A stretch of 41,408 nucleotides of DNA, taken from positions 1 through 41,408 of IMG/VR virus record IMGVR_UViG_3300032212_000049; one strand, 5' to 3'. The notes under the pieces were generated by a model, which worked only from the letters and a program-made list of their open reading frames with translations, did not search any database and had not been told where the DNA came from. The position numbers were made by a program, and so were the translations under genes. Source of the DNA: a virus (taxonomy: Duplodnaviria; Caudoviricetes). The number at the start of each line of letters is the position of its first letter. The stretch's first letter is position 1. This document shows, piece by piece, positions 16,260 through 26,651 of this stretch.

Positions 16260-16834
16260 GAGTGCGCCTGTAAATATGGAGACAATAAAAACTCTGCTGA
16301 CATAGGAATATTACCGACTGTAACGCCTACAATATGATTTTCGCGCTGATCGTACATCGTCCCCGCAATCATCATAATTGCGTGTTTTATGTCGCTCGGA
16401 ATTTCACCGAATGCCGCTTTGTATCCCGCTGTAAATGTAATCCTTACCTTATCGCGTCCGGTTTTTATGGCTGGCCATAATTCGCCATAATCAGGTTTTA
16501 TTTTTGTTATATAACGATTCGAATCAACCATAAAATTTGTAACAACCTGATCCGCCCCGTCGTCATCTGTATACGCGATTGAAATCGTCGAAATATCGAT
16601 AGGATTACGTCGAATTTCTATTTCATTCTTAAAATTACTCATATTTAGCGTAAAAGAGCGGTCAACAATGGCGCATTCTGTGTAATTTTCAGCAACTTCT
16701 CGCGATGCTTTGATTATCCCTAACAAATATACAGCGTCTTCATTATCTTCTATGCGAAGATGCGCTTTAATCTCATTAAGCGCTACAGGCTCTACAATCT
16801 CGGCGATTGGCGTATTTTGAGTATATTGGCTCAT
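16256..16834 (-). CDS. Head-tail connector (gp6-like)
   Basis: EPVALNEIKAHLRI...IPSDIKHAIMM...YDQRE; likely start MSQYTQ. Confidence 0.85.
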   Translation of the reverse strand: MSQYTQNTPIAEIVEPVALNEIKAHLRIEDNEDAVYLLGIIKASREVAENYTECAIVDRSFTLNMSNFKNEIEIRRNPIDISTISIAYTDDDGADQVVTNFMVDSNRYITKIKPDYGELWPAIKTGRDKVRITFTAGYKAAFGEIPSDIKHAIMMIAGTMYDQRENHIVGVTVGNIPMSAEFLLSPYLQAHS

Positions 16835-16992
16835 TATTTCGCCTTTTTTGCCTTTTTTGCTGGCTCTTTTATGATTTCGGCATAACCGCGAGCCGCCCAC
16901 GCTTCACAAACGTTAACAGGCCTTTCTATCTCGTCGCCTGGTTTCAGGTTTTCAAGACCACCAGCCATACTTATTAGCATTTTGATTTTCAT
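16834..16992 (-). CDS. Small basic protein after the capsid gene (52 aa)
   Basis: Manual translation MKIKMLISMAGGLENLKPGDEIE...GYAEIIKEPAKKAKKAK*; GAGGA SD and TAATG coupling to the next gene. Confidence 0.7.
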   Translation of the reverse strand: MKIKMLISMAGGLENLKPGDEIERPVNVCEAWAARGYAEIIKEPAKKAKKAK

Positions 16993-17053
16993 TGGATTTC
17001 CTCGAAAATGAATAAAATGGGAGCCGAAACCCCCATTCTTTTTTAGCTTACGA

Positions 17054-18301
17054 TTAGGTTGCTGAGTTAGCGTAATGCTTCATTGAGCTATTACTAGACG
17101 CAATGAAACGGCCGCCAGAGCGGGCAAACGCCAAAAATCCAACTTGACCATTTCGAGTAAATGCTGAATCGGTCATTCTGAATAACTGAGTTTGCATAAC
17201 GTTTCGAATGAGATACTTTGAAAAGTCGCCGAACAAAACGGATTTTGCATCTGCCGCCATTTGGGGCATTTGCTGGTTAATCGTGTAAGCATAGCCATTG
17301 ATCGTATTAGGCTCACTAACTGCAACGCCCGGCACCCAAAGTGGACGGCCCTGCCCATCTTTTAACTTTTTAAGCGCTTTTAGCGTTTGATCGTGGAACA
17401 TATATCGAGCACTTCCAGCTTCTCGATATGCCGGATCGATAGAATGTTCAAGATCGATTAGGTCATCTACTGTGATAGTAGTCGTTTGACCGACGATGCC
17501 AGTTGTCCCTACGGCTGACGCAACAACGACACCTTGCGGTTGTGCCGATCCAGTTCCCGTTGTATACATTCGGTTTTGAATACGTGCAATACGCTCAGCG
17601 AGTGCGCGAATAATGTAGCTTTCAAGATCAATTTGACTGTCTTGCAGCAACTCAAATGGAACGGCAATATCTTTTGAGCTAAATTTGAACACGTCAAGAT
17701 TCGTAATTCCGAACGTAATATCCTGATTGCTAACTGTCGCATTTTCACCAACAATCTCGCCCTCTTGTGAGGTTTCGTCAACGGTCGGCCATTCCATTGT
17801 ATTTCCGTTTTCCGTATTGATAATGGTTGCAACTGAAAGCATCCCGCCATATTTCAGCATTTCTTCAAACAAAGTTGCCTGAAAATCTGTTGGTGCGAGA
17901 TATCCGCCCTCACCTGGAACGCCGGTAGACATTGCGCCCTGAATTGATCGCGTTTTGTTTTCCATGAATAGACGCTGATCAGACGTTAACGCGTTCACAC
18001 CACCCCGTAAAAATGAATTGAAAATTTCCTTTTCTTGTGCAACTTTGCTCGTCGCTTCGTCAACAGATAAATCAGACTGATCGGCAAGTTTTGCGCCGCG
18101 ATCTTCGACTTTCGCTTCAACAGACAGTACTTTTTCAATACGGTCGATTTGGGCGTCAATATTGTCGATGTCAGACATAATTTTGTCATATTGATCTGTG
18201 TTTTCTTGCTTCCAGTCGTCACCCTTTACCGTGTCGATCATTTTCCGGGCTTCAATTGCGGCTAACTGTCGCTGTTCCCGTAGTTCTTGAATAGATTTCA
18301 T
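17054..18301 (-). CDS. Major capsid protein, HK97 family
   Basis: Coiled-coil delta domain, GGYLAP, LKDGQGRPLW and LFGDFSKY motifs; likely start MKSIQ. Confidence 0.95.
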   Translation of the reverse strand: MKSIQELREQRQLAAIEARKMIDTVKGDDWKQENTDQYDKIMSDIDNIDAQIDRIEKVLSVEAKVEDRGAKLADQSDLSVDEATSKVAQEKEIFNSFLRGGVNALTSDQRLFMENKTRSIQGAMSTGVPGEGGYLAPTDFQATLFEEMLKYGGMLSVATIINTENGNTMEWPTVDETSQEGEIVGENATVSNQDITFGITNLDVFKFSSKDIAVPFELLQDSQIDLESYIIRALAERIARIQNRMYTTGTGSAQPQGVVVASAVGTTGIVGQTTTITVDDLIDLEHSIDPAYREAGSARYMFHDQTLKALKKLKDGQGRPLWVPGVAVSEPNTINGYAYTINQQMPQMAADAKSVLFGDFSKYLIRNVMQTQLFRMTDSAFTRNGQVGFLAFARSGGRFIASSNSSMKHYANSAT

Positions 18302-18323
18302 ATCATTTACCTTTTTTTGGGCA

Positions 18324-18422
18324 TAAAAAAACCGGCTCAAGGCCGGTGTGGTGTTGATCGTTACGGGAACCCGTCACGGTCTAACTTTTTTCAGACATAA
18401 AAAAACCGGCGCTAGGCCGGTT
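18324..18422 (-). terminator. Two hairpin + poly-T elements between the protease and capsid genes
   Basis: aaccggc-ctagc-gccggttttttt and accggc-cttga-gccggttttttt. Confidence 0.6.
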
Positions 18423-18442
18423 CGTCTCTGATTAGTATGTGT

Positions 18443-19144
18443 TTATGCGGGCATTTTCTCCGCTAACGACAATCTCGCAAGCATTCGCGCTCTGTGTTGA
18501 TCGTATTGGTTTGTCGCTTTCTGTTTAGGTGCATTTTTATATGCACTTAAATCGAAATTATTTTTGGCACTGGTGCCGTCTTTTATCTTGTCAACAAAAC
18601 CAGTCGCTAACGCTTCGTCTGCTGAATACCATGTTTCATCAGACATTAACCTGAGTGCTTCATCGTTAGACATGTTAGCAATGTTTGCGTAATCCATAGC
18701 GATGGCTGCATCAACTTTGTTTAGCAGACTAGCCGTTTTCATAAATTCGTCAGCGTTTCCGATATTCAGAGTCCAACCCTTGTGAATCATAAAAAACGCG
18801 CCGGGGGATATCTGTCGTTCATTGCCAGCCAGCGCAACTGTTGTTGCAGCGCTCGCCGCTAAACCGTCAATATGAACAATGACATTTGCCGGATGCTCTA
18901 TTAAAGCAGACTGAATAGCGCGACCATCAAATACATCACCGCCTGGCGAGTTAATGCGTAAATTAATCTCGCCAACATTTAACGCAGCAAGCTCTTTATT
19001 AAATTCTTTTGCACCGACCCCGAAATAAGGATCGATTGCATCGTAAAGATAAATTGTTGCAGATTCATTGCCCATCGCTTCGATTTCAAACTTTTTGGGC
19101 TTATCTTTGTTGTCAATTAGTAGCTGAAATAATCTATTTCGCAT
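18443..19144 (-). CDS. ClpP-type prohead protease
   Basis: INSPGGDVF, DGLAASAA, MIH and ETW.SA.EA motifs. Confidence 0.93.
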   Translation of the reverse strand: MRNRLFQLLIDNKDKPKKFEIEAMGNESATIYLYDAIDPYFGVGAKEFNKELAALNVGEINLRINSPGGDVFDGRAIQSALIEHPANVIVHIDGLAASAATTVALAGNERQISPGAFFMIHKGWTLNIGNADEFMKTASLLNKVDAAIAMDYANIANMSNDEALRLMSDETWYSADEALATGFVDKIKDGTSAKNNFDLSAYKNAPKQKATNQYDQHRARMLARLSLAEKMPA

Positions 19145-19910
19145 TTAGTCCACCATTTTTCTCAAGCTCGTCAATCGGTAAAAGAGGCGCTAGCCCGCTT
19201 TCATAATTTGTGCGTATTTCCATCTGTGCCATCATGATAGATGAGGCGGCGAATGTTGAAACAATCATTTTGTCATTACTGTTTTGATCAACCGATAAAA
19301 ACAAATCATCATTACTCATGCTTTTTTTCGCATAGAAAAACTGAGCGCTCATAGATGCCAGCTTTGACTCAATCGCCTCTGCATGCTCTGGTTTTTTTGG
19401 CGTTAGAATAACGAACGTGTCAGGCCCACTGACACCGTTTACAACTGAAATTGGTTCTTCATTCGTTAGCGTGACATTTTTCAAGCCAATTCGCGCAACC
19501 GGCAACGTGTAAAGCATGGATTTCATATCATGCCCGATTTTTAAATAATCGAATGTTGGCGGCTGTTCTGGGTCTTTTGACCTAACGCCGAATTTTTTCA
19601 AATAAAAGAATCGGTAAAATAGATCCGTACCCTCTGTCGCATTAATTGCCAGCACTGCTTCAAATGTTTCTGGCGAGGCGATCCAGTCGTATTGTTTTAA
19701 GCGTTTCTTGTCTGTGCTTGTCATTGATTGCATCAACGACATAACAGCAAAAATAGTCTCATCTTCAATATTGACGATATGCTCTTTTGGTTTTTTCTTG
19801 CCTGGGTACAGCGCGATTGTTCCGTAATCACCAAAAGGCTCAACAATCTTTTTGTATTTCGGCGCGTTTAATGCGATTTGCTTTGCAATGCTAAGCTCGC
19901 CAAACGCCAT
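19134..19910 (-). CDS. Dam/D12-class methyltransferase-fold protein with degenerate active-site motifs
   Basis: VEPFGDYG, EHIVN, RFFYL, LKNVTLTN and PDTFVILTPKK align by eye with Dam-family EPFxGxG, E..ND, RFFYL, L.NV.IEN and DTFFYLDPPY. Confidence 0.55.
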   Translation of the reverse strand: MAFGELSIAKQIALNAPKYKKIVEPFGDYGTIALYPGKKKPKEHIVNIEDETIFAVMSLMQSMTSTDKKRLKQYDWIASPETFEAVLAINATEGTDLFYRFFYLKKFGVRSKDPEQPPTFDYLKIGHDMKSMLYTLPVARIGLKNVTLTNEEPISVVNGVSGPDTFVILTPKKPEHAEAIESKLASMSAQFFYAKKSMSNDDLFLSVDQNSNDKMIVSTFAASSIMMAQMEIRTNYESGLAPLLPIDELEKNGGLNAK

Positions 19911-21274
19911 TACTCGCCTTCCTCGATTTCAATTGCGGGTATTTGACTGGACGGCATGTAAATCGCGTCACCGCCTTCGATTGGTTCGTTGCCATCTAAA
20001 GCGCGTTTTTCATTAATCGTTAATGAATCTGGAAATGATGGTGAATCTTCGCTTTCGGCGTCGCCGGTTATCGGCTTATAAAGCGTATTCCCTTCTGGAT
20101 CCGGTGTTAGGTTTTCAAGTTTTCTAACTTCGTTTATCGTCATCCAGCCCGGCTGTTGATTTCCTCCAAGTGCAATCTGGTACGATTCGTGACGCGCTTT
20201 TGTGTCACCTCGAAGTAAAGCGGCAACATTGAATTTTGCAAAACTTCCATCATTTCTAAAAAGCTTTCGATTGATTTCTTGCTCTATCCGTTTTAAATAT
20301 CGACGCAGATTATAAGTGACAAATCCTATGCCTTGCTGCTCAATTCCGGTTCCCCATGATGTGCTTTTTTCTGTTTCACCTATCATGTGTGGTGGAACCT
20401 GGAACACTCGCGCTATGTCTGCAATTTGAAAGCGTCGTGATTCAATCAACTGCGAGTCAACTGCATTCATTGAGATTTCTTGAAAATCTCCGCCTTCCGT
20501 TAAAACGCCCGGAGTATGAGAATTCCCAGAGCCCGCGTGTTTTTTGTTCCAATATTCCAGAATCAGTTCGATTTGCTCTCTGTTCATTTTCTTATCGAAC
20601 TTGATTATTCCTCCAGGTACCGCACCGTTAGAGAAAAACTTTCCGCTATGTTCTTCTGCTGCAATAGTGATGCCGATGGTCTGCGCAGCATACGAGATAA
20701 CACTAAAGCCTTTAAGTCCGTCCCACCCGATACCAGGAATATGCAATATGTCGTCTTGGTCGAATACAACGCGCCGCCCTTCATCAAACAAAACATCATA
20801 CAAAAGTCGTCCGTCTTTTTTAAACGGGTAAACTTGTTTTGGGTTTAATAGCGTTAACGCGTTAGGTGTTGCGCCACGCCTACCAATAATCGAATAACTA
20901 TTACCAGACAAAAGCATTTGAGAAACAACAGTCTCCCAATATGTAATTGCTGAAACCATCGGGTTTGGTTCTGAATGCAAAAGCTTATAAACGGGATGAC
21001 TGTTGTTTTCTTCTCTGCCGTTGTCAGTCAGTGTAAAAACATTGACTGGCAGTGATCCTATTGCGCCTGAGATAAGTTGAACGCAAGCAAACACGGCGGT
21101 TGTTTTCATTGCGCTTGTTTCGTTAATAGCCACACCAGCTGAGTTGGTTTCTACGCCGAACAAATCAGAAAGGCTTTCACTTGTCGTGATTATATTATTG
21201 ATCGATTCCAGCTCGCGCTGCTTGTCTTCAAGCTGAGCTTCTAGCATTGCCTCTCTTTTTTTGCTTCTAAACAT
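19910..21274 (-). CDS. Portal protein, HK97 family
   Basis: [30 protein letters not shown] and LLRGD motifs; start at 21274 or 21304. Confidence 0.95.
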   Translation of the reverse strand: MFRSKKREAMLEAQLEDKQRELESINNIITTSESLSDLFGVETNSAGVAINETSAMKTTAVFACVQLISGAIGSLPVNVFTLTDNGREENNSHPVYKLLHSEPNPMVSAITYWETVVSQMLLSGNSYSIIGRRGATPNALTLLNPKQVYPFKKDGRLLYDVLFDEGRRVVFDQDDILHIPGIGWDGLKGFSVISYAAQTIGITIAAEEHSGKFFSNGAVPGGIIKFDKKMNREQIELILEYWNKKHAGSGNSHTPGVLTEGGDFQEISMNAVDSQLIESRRFQIADIARVFQVPPHMIGETEKSTSWGTGIEQQGIGFVTYNLRRYLKRIEQEINRKLFRNDGSFAKFNVAALLRGDTKARHESYQIALGGNQQPGWMTINEVRKLENLTPDPEGNTLYKPITGDAESEDSPSFPDSLTINEKRALDGNEPIEGGDAIYMPSSQIPAIEIEEGE

Positions 21275-22964
21275 CGATAAAACCCTGATCAACATAGCTG
21301 TCATCGTTTAGCATTGCCTGCCCAATTGACATAATGAGCGCAACCGCACCGTCTATTTTGTTGTCCAGTCCTTCTTTTACAGGACGTACAACATCATCAT
21401 TTCCTAAAATATTCTTACCAACTACATTGCTTATACACCACGTCATGACCGGGTTTCCGTCATGATGAAATCGCCCTGAACCAATTGCCGCTTCAAGTTC
21501 CTTCATTGGGTCACTTAGGTTTGTGTAGTTCTGAGTAATAACAATGGGCTCAAGCCCTTCGTCGTCAAGCTGATGGCTGAGATTGGTTGCGCCATGCGGA
21601 TCAAGCGGACACGCAGTAACGCTATGGTTTTGATTAGACTGAATGGCCTCATCAAGTATGTCGCGATAGTCAATCTCAGCCCCGTAGCACGTCAGCATAT
21701 TCTCTGTATTCACCCACTTTTGAAATCGCTCAGCCATTTTGCGATTATCATTATCCATTACCGTATCTTCAGGCACCCAAAAACGAGGTGCGACACTGTA
21801 ATAGTGTCGCTTGCCGTTTATTTCACGCGTGAACAATCGTGACATACAGGTGAGATCTTTCTTTCTTGCGAGATCAAAGCCCAGCACACAATCATGGCCT
21901 TCGAACATTTCGAGCGTTAAGCTGTCGTCTTCGCAAGCTTTCCATTCTTCCATGTTGAAAAAGGCGCTCTTGCTCGTCACCCAGATGTTGCAATGTTTCG
22001 TTTTGAACGTGTTGGCAAGTCGAGCGTTTTTGATCGCTCTATTTTGCTGTGAGATAAGGTAATCTCGATAAACTGAAATACCAATATTCGGATTTGCTTT
22101 GACTAATGCTTTCGGATCTGTCCAGTCGTCCTCTGGATCGAGCGTATAAATAACGCCGAACAACTCATCATCTGGCGTTGTGCATTCCAGCATCTCAATA
22201 ACCGCGCGACGCTTGTCATAACACGGCCCTTCAATATCTGCACCGGCTGTTGTGATATACCAAATTAGTGCTTGAAGTCGTGCTCCCATACCTGAAAGCA
22301 TTGTATCAACCAAGCGATTGTCAGGATGCTCGTGATACTCATCTATTAACGCGCATGATGGACTCGCACCATCGCCTGGGTCACCGATAAGCGGCTCATA
22401 TCGTGAATAATCTTCAAGTCTGACCAGATTTTTTGCGTTAATTTCGATCCCGAAATGCTCGCACATATCAGGACGCTTTTTGCACATCAAACGACTAGGT
22501 CTAAAAACTTCCCAAGCTTGTTTTTCCGTAGTTGCGCCGCTGTAAACTTCCGCACCGCTTTCGCTATCGGCTACAAACATATACAAACCAACACCAGCGG
22601 AAATTGCAGATTTGCCGTTTTTTCTTGCGATTTCGGTATACACTTCGCGAAACCGCCTAAGACCGTTTTTCTTTTTCAGCCAGCCAAAAACATTGCAGAT
22701 GATAAACAACTGCCATGGCTCAAGCGTGATTAACATTCTTTTATAAAGCCATTCGCCTTTTGTATGTGGCAATAGTTGAATAAATGTGCAGGCGCGCTCT
22801 GCTATGTCTCGATCAAATTTGTATTTGAAATTGCGCTTTTTCTCATTCTTTAAATCATCGATATGGCGTTGACACGCAAGACGCACGTAACGACAAGCTA
22901 AAACTTTCCGCGCAATAACGTCTCGTGCATATTTATTCGCAGCATTTACGTTTTGATAAGACAC
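21267..22964 (-). CDS. terL: Terminase large subunit
   Basis: Walker A ARKNGKS, Walker B LIDEYH, GFDLA and KIDGAVA motifs. Confidence 0.96.
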   Translation of the reverse strand: MSYQNVNAANKYARDVIARKVLACRYVRLACQRHIDDLKNEKKRNFKYKFDRDIAERACTFIQLLPHTKGEWLYKRMLITLEPWQLFIICNVFGWLKKKNGLRRFREVYTEIARKNGKSAISAGVGLYMFVADSESGAEVYSGATTEKQAWEVFRPSRLMCKKRPDMCEHFGIEINAKNLVRLEDYSRYEPLIGDPGDGASPSCALIDEYHEHPDNRLVDTMLSGMGARLQALIWYITTAGADIEGPCYDKRRAVIEMLECTTPDDELFGVIYTLDPEDDWTDPKALVKANPNIGISVYRDYLISQQNRAIKNARLANTFKTKHCNIWVTSKSAFFNMEEWKACEDDSLTLEMFEGHDCVLGFDLARKKDLTCMSRLFTREINGKRHYYSVAPRFWVPEDTVMDNDNRKMAERFQKWVNTENMLTCYGAEIDYRDILDEAIQSNQNHSVTACPLDPHGATNLSHQLDDEGLEPIVITQNYTNLSDPMKELEAAIGSGRFHHDGNPVMTWCISNVVGKNILGNDDVVRPVKEGLDNKIDGAVALIMSIGQAMLNDDSYVDQGFIDV

Positions 22965-23422
22965 TAAAAATCACTGAATTGATTTGAGCTTTTGGCAGAT
23001 TGCCCGATTAATCGCCCTCTGGACGCCGGGTCTAAACCAAGATTTCCGCCGAACAATGCAATTTGACGCATTGTTTCGTTTACAACTGTGCAAGCTGGAT
23101 TTTTAATCGGCCCGCCCGTTGCGCCTTCAACTACGATCCCATTAACCAGAACTTGCTGAACAGCTTCGCGCCATGTTGAATACGCAATACAAAATGATTC
23201 AAGATTATGTAAATCAGTAACCGCTAAAACTTTCTTTTTGCAAAGATGTGGACAGACTGTTTGCCACATTTGTTTTGCAAGATCTGGAAGCCAGCTTGGT
23301 GGTTCAACATTTTCAATAGTGTCAAATTCGATAGGAGTCTTATTTTCATTTCTTGATCTTGAAAGCTGCTTCTGGCTATTTGGTTTCGGCTTTGTGCCAG
23401 ATCTACCTTTTATGCCTGGCAT
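22964..23422 (-). CDS. terS: Terminase small subunit, P27 family
   Basis: PPSWL...KNPA...LGLDPASR. Confidence 0.92.
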   Translation of the reverse strand: MPGIKGRSGTKPKPNSQKQLSRSRNENKTPIEFDTIENVEPPSWLPDLAKQMWQTVCPHLCKKKVLAVTDLHNLESFCIAYSTWREAVQQVLVNGIVVEGATGGPIKNPACTVVNETMRQIALFGGNLGLDPASRGRLIGQSAKSSNQFSDF

Positions 23423-23527
23423 ATAAATCGTCCAGTTTTAATTTTATATTCTGTCAATGTGAAAAACTTATGGGATGGACGGTACTGTGCGCAAAGGCTT
23501 TGAACTTTTGACCCGCCCCCACCCTGT
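23423..23527 (-). other. Probable cos region
   Basis: Intergenic between HNH and terS, with a GGGGGCGGGTCAAAAGT element typical of this position in HK97-like phages. Exact cut site not determined. Confidence 0.55.
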
Positions 23528-23872
23528 TCATTCCGCAGCTGTCTTGCGAAGATGACAACGATTACAAAGACTTTGCAAGTTTGCATTATCATCTGTGCCG
23601 CCCTTCGATTTAGGCTTAATGTGATCAACTTGAGTGGCTTCTATGAGGTGTCCAACTTTTATACAGATTTGACACAATGCCTTGTCTCTTTCTAATATTT
23701 GTTTGCGTAATTTATCCCACATATTGCCATAACCACGCTGATGCCTGTTACCACGTTTTGATTGCCATTTGCTCCAGCTTATATTTGATTGCTGGTGATC
23801 ATCACAATATCCAGTCTTATTGCGATGCAATGTTTTACATTGTCGGCAAGGTCGCTTTGGACTTTTAGGCAT
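23528..23872 (-). CDS. HNH endonuclease (terminase-associated, HK97 gp74-like)
   Basis: RD..LCQIC...VDHIKP..GG.D..NLQSLCNRCH. Confidence 0.92.
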   Translation of the reverse strand: MPKSPKRPCRQCKTLHRNKTGYCDDHQQSNISWSKWQSKRGNRHQRGYGNMWDKLRKQILERDKALCQICIKVGHLIEATQVDHIKPKSKGGTDDNANLQSLCNRCHLRKTAAE

Positions 23873-26651
23873 TAATTACATTTACAGATAATGAACTGTT
23901 TTGCATATCTTCATGCCATAACACAATTCCTTCAGGATCTGCCGTGCTATATCCTATTAGTGTTGTATTTGTAATACCCTGAACCGTAATAAGCGCCCCG
24001 ATATCAAATACTATTTCACCGTTACCATTATCCCAATCAAATGCATTAGAATACGTATTGCTATCAATAGGAGTGGCGCTTAACCCGATTAACTCAAACC
24101 GAATAAATGCTGTTAAATCGATAGGAATCCCTTTATGCGCAATTGCTATGCTAAACCTGTTTCCTCGCCCTTGATAAATAACAATATTTTGTCTATTAGT
24201 TGACAGCTCTGCTGGCATATATTGAATTTGATCGATAGGATTAGAAGTAGCAACAACAACATATATAGTTCTAACTGCCTGAATCGCAACATTTCCAGCC
24301 GCATCGGTAACATCATACGTAGCTGTGTAAGTGCCAATAATATTTGAATCAATATTGTTTACGACAACTACATCTGCTGTTATATCACCGTCATTATTGT
24401 CTACTGCGCTATATCCCGGCTCAGTCCACGTATCACCTTGAACGATTGTCTGATTGCCACCAACCAGCGATATTATCGGCGCAACTGTGTCAGCAAGTGT
24501 TGTTGACGTAAACGACCCAATTACACCGCCAATATCGAGCGTAGTTGTGGTGCCGGTTAAATAGGTTGCGGCGGTTAAATGCCTAACGCGAATCTGATAA
24601 TTAAGTCGAACATTTGTAGCCGTTGTCGTCCATACGCCCCACGTTGCGCCGTTGTCCGTTGACACAGAGTACTCGCCACCGCTTACCGAAACAGGGATGT
24701 CCAAACCTGCATCAACGCCCTGAACGGTAATCGTGTTTGATGTCACATAGACGGATCGGGGAACGCCTGTTTGCGCGGCAAGGGAAAAGGAGCTTGGTGT
24801 TGCATCAACTGCCGCGTCCGTTGTGAATGACGTGCTTGTAACAGTTCCATCAGAGCCATTGAGCATAGGCCTGATATCAAGGTTATAAAGTGTTGCTGCG
24901 GTTAAACCGTTGATTGTCAGAGGGGATGTTGCCACTAGCCAGCCTGCGCCAATATTATACTCGTAGCTTGTTACGTCAACGCCGGAATAGCTAAACTCGA
25001 CAATCGCACTTGTTTTTGAAGTCGTAACGACATCAATACTAACAAGATTAGCGGGCGCTGGGCCGTAAAGCGTATGATCTGCATAGTCACCCCAAATGCC
25101 GTCCGTTTCGTCCTGATACCATACGCGATATATCGCGCCTGCATCTGATTGTATTGCTCCATTTGCGAGATCGCTTGTCCCTGTTCCCGTCTCAAAATAA
25201 CCATAGGCATTGTCAGTCGCATCAAGACCGGGAGCGCTTATTGCGTCATTAATACCGGTTAACGCGACTGTTTCAACATAATCATGCCCAATATTAGGCG
25301 ATATTTGGAATGTGATTGCGTCCTGAGTTCCTGCATCATCGACAGTAATAACGATATCAGTATTATATCTGGTTGTTTTTGTACCGAATATTTTCGGATC
25401 AGGTACCGTAATCGTAATCGTGTTTACGTCTTGCGCGGTTACAATTAAAGCGCCTGCCTGAATCGATGCGGTTTTGCCGGTCGCATTCGCATTGCTTACA
25501 TTAAGCGTAATTGAGTCACCAGCGTAATATGGGCCAGCACTAATACTATCGATTATAAATGCTGGCGCGGCTGTTGTTGCACTAACAAGCGCCGGGCTAA
25601 CTTGAATATTTGGCGTGGCTTCGTCATCTTCTGCAACAACATAATAATCATACGAAGTAGATGCTGATGCACCGTTAAATGTCATTGACGCCTGTACACT
25701 TGCTGTTGCAGCTACATTTTGTGCCTCAAACGCCGGTGAACCAGTAGAATCCTGTCCAGCTTTGACCTGTGCCGAGCTTGGTGCTGCCGATCCGCTTGCT
25801 AAGCGTACCGCATAAATCGTTCCGTCCTCATCAAGCGTTGTTGAAATATCGTGCCCAACCTGAGTAGGATTACTCGCTATAGGCGCAACTGTAAAAACAG
25901 GAGCTATTGTGTCGGGCGGTGCTACCCAATTTGCGTCATTATTAGCAATAAGCGCGGTATAACTATCGCTGATTTCTTGAGCTGTAAGCGCTGCATCGTG
26001 TAACTCTGCAAAATATAATGAGCCGCGCGCATTTCGGTTTTGTGTTGGGCGGTTAAACAGTGAAACATATCGGCCAGTGTCATTGACTGCTGTTAACGAA
26101 TCGTTTTGAGTAATTGTATTTACTGACTGGCCTTGAAGCGCATTATTGTAATAAATTTTGATTCGATCTGCCGCCACCGCTTGCGCTGTATCAATAATAA
26201 TATGGATTACACTCAATCCAGATGGATAATTGTTTGCTCGTACATAGCCGCCGCCAGCTTCATTATTCCAGCGAACCTGGAATTTTGCCGCCATTTGAAC
26301 ATTTAAATCGCCGTTTCCAGAGTATGTTCCCAGATGAAAAACATGATCTTCATTCGGAGCCGTGTTATCTAAATCGGCGACTAAAATGATACTTGCCTGC
26401 GTTGCATTGTTTAGTGCCGAACCGATGTTTCCGTTTGCAACAATGTCCGCTAATTCTGCAATCATTGAACCTGACGTTTTGCCTGCTGCATTTGCGGTTA
26501 GGCCATTGCCTGCCGCGACAGACGTCCAGCTACCATCTGAATTCGCATTATCAATCGTCAGGTTATTGCCGTTACCAGTGTCGTCAACAATAACCCCAGA
26601 CATAACGCCAGATGACGCATTGTCAATTAACCATCGTGCTATTGCGGCCAT
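23865..26651 (-). CDS. Large multi-domain beta-rich protein (LamG-like, Fn3/Ig-like, DUF5011-like)
   Basis: DTVAPIISLVG...EPGYSAVDNNDGDIT...GTY..TYDVTDAAGN Ig-like repeat; Thr/Ala/Ser-rich. Confidence 0.7.
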   Translation of the reverse strand: MAAIARWLIDNASSGVMSGVIVDDTGNGNNLTIDNANSDGSWTSVAAGNGLTANAAGKTSGSMIAELADIVANGNIGSALNNATQASIILVADLDNTAPNEDHVFHLGTYSGNGDLNVQMAAKFQVRWNNEAGGGYVRANNYPSGLSVIHIIIDTAQAVAADRIKIYYNNALQGQSVNTITQNDSLTAVNDTGRYVSLFNRPTQNRNARGSLYFAELHDAALTAQEISDSYTALIANNDANWVAPPDTIAPVFTVAPIASNPTQVGHDISTTLDEDGTIYAVRLASGSAAPSSAQVKAGQDSTGSPAFEAQNVAATASVQASMTFNGASASTSYDYYVVAEDDEATPNIQVSPALVSATTAAPAFIIDSISAGPYYAGDSITLNVSNANATGKTASIQAGALIVTAQDVNTITITVPDPKIFGTKTTRYNTDIVITVDDAGTQDAITFQISPNIGHDYVETVALTGINDAISAPGLDATDNAYGYFETGTGTSDLANGAIQSDAGAIYRVWYQDETDGIWGDYADHTLYGPAPANLVSIDVVTTSKTSAIVEFSYSGVDVTSYEYNIGAGWLVATSPLTINGLTAATLYNLDIRPMLNGSDGTVTSTSFTTDAAVDATPSSFSLAAQTGVPRSVYVTSNTITVQGVDAGLDIPVSVSGGEYSVSTDNGATWGVWTTTATNVRLNYQIRVRHLTAATYLTGTTTTLDIGGVIGSFTSTTLADTVAPIISLVGGNQTIVQGDTWTEPGYSAVDNNDGDITADVVVVNNIDSNIIGTYTATYDVTDAAGNVAIQAVRTIYVVVATSNPIDQIQYMPAELSTNRQNIVIYQGRGNRFSIAIAHKGIPIDLTAFIRFELIGLSATPIDSNTYSNAFDWDNGNGEIVFDIGALITVQGITNTTLIGYSTADPEGIVLWHEDMQNSSLSVNVINA

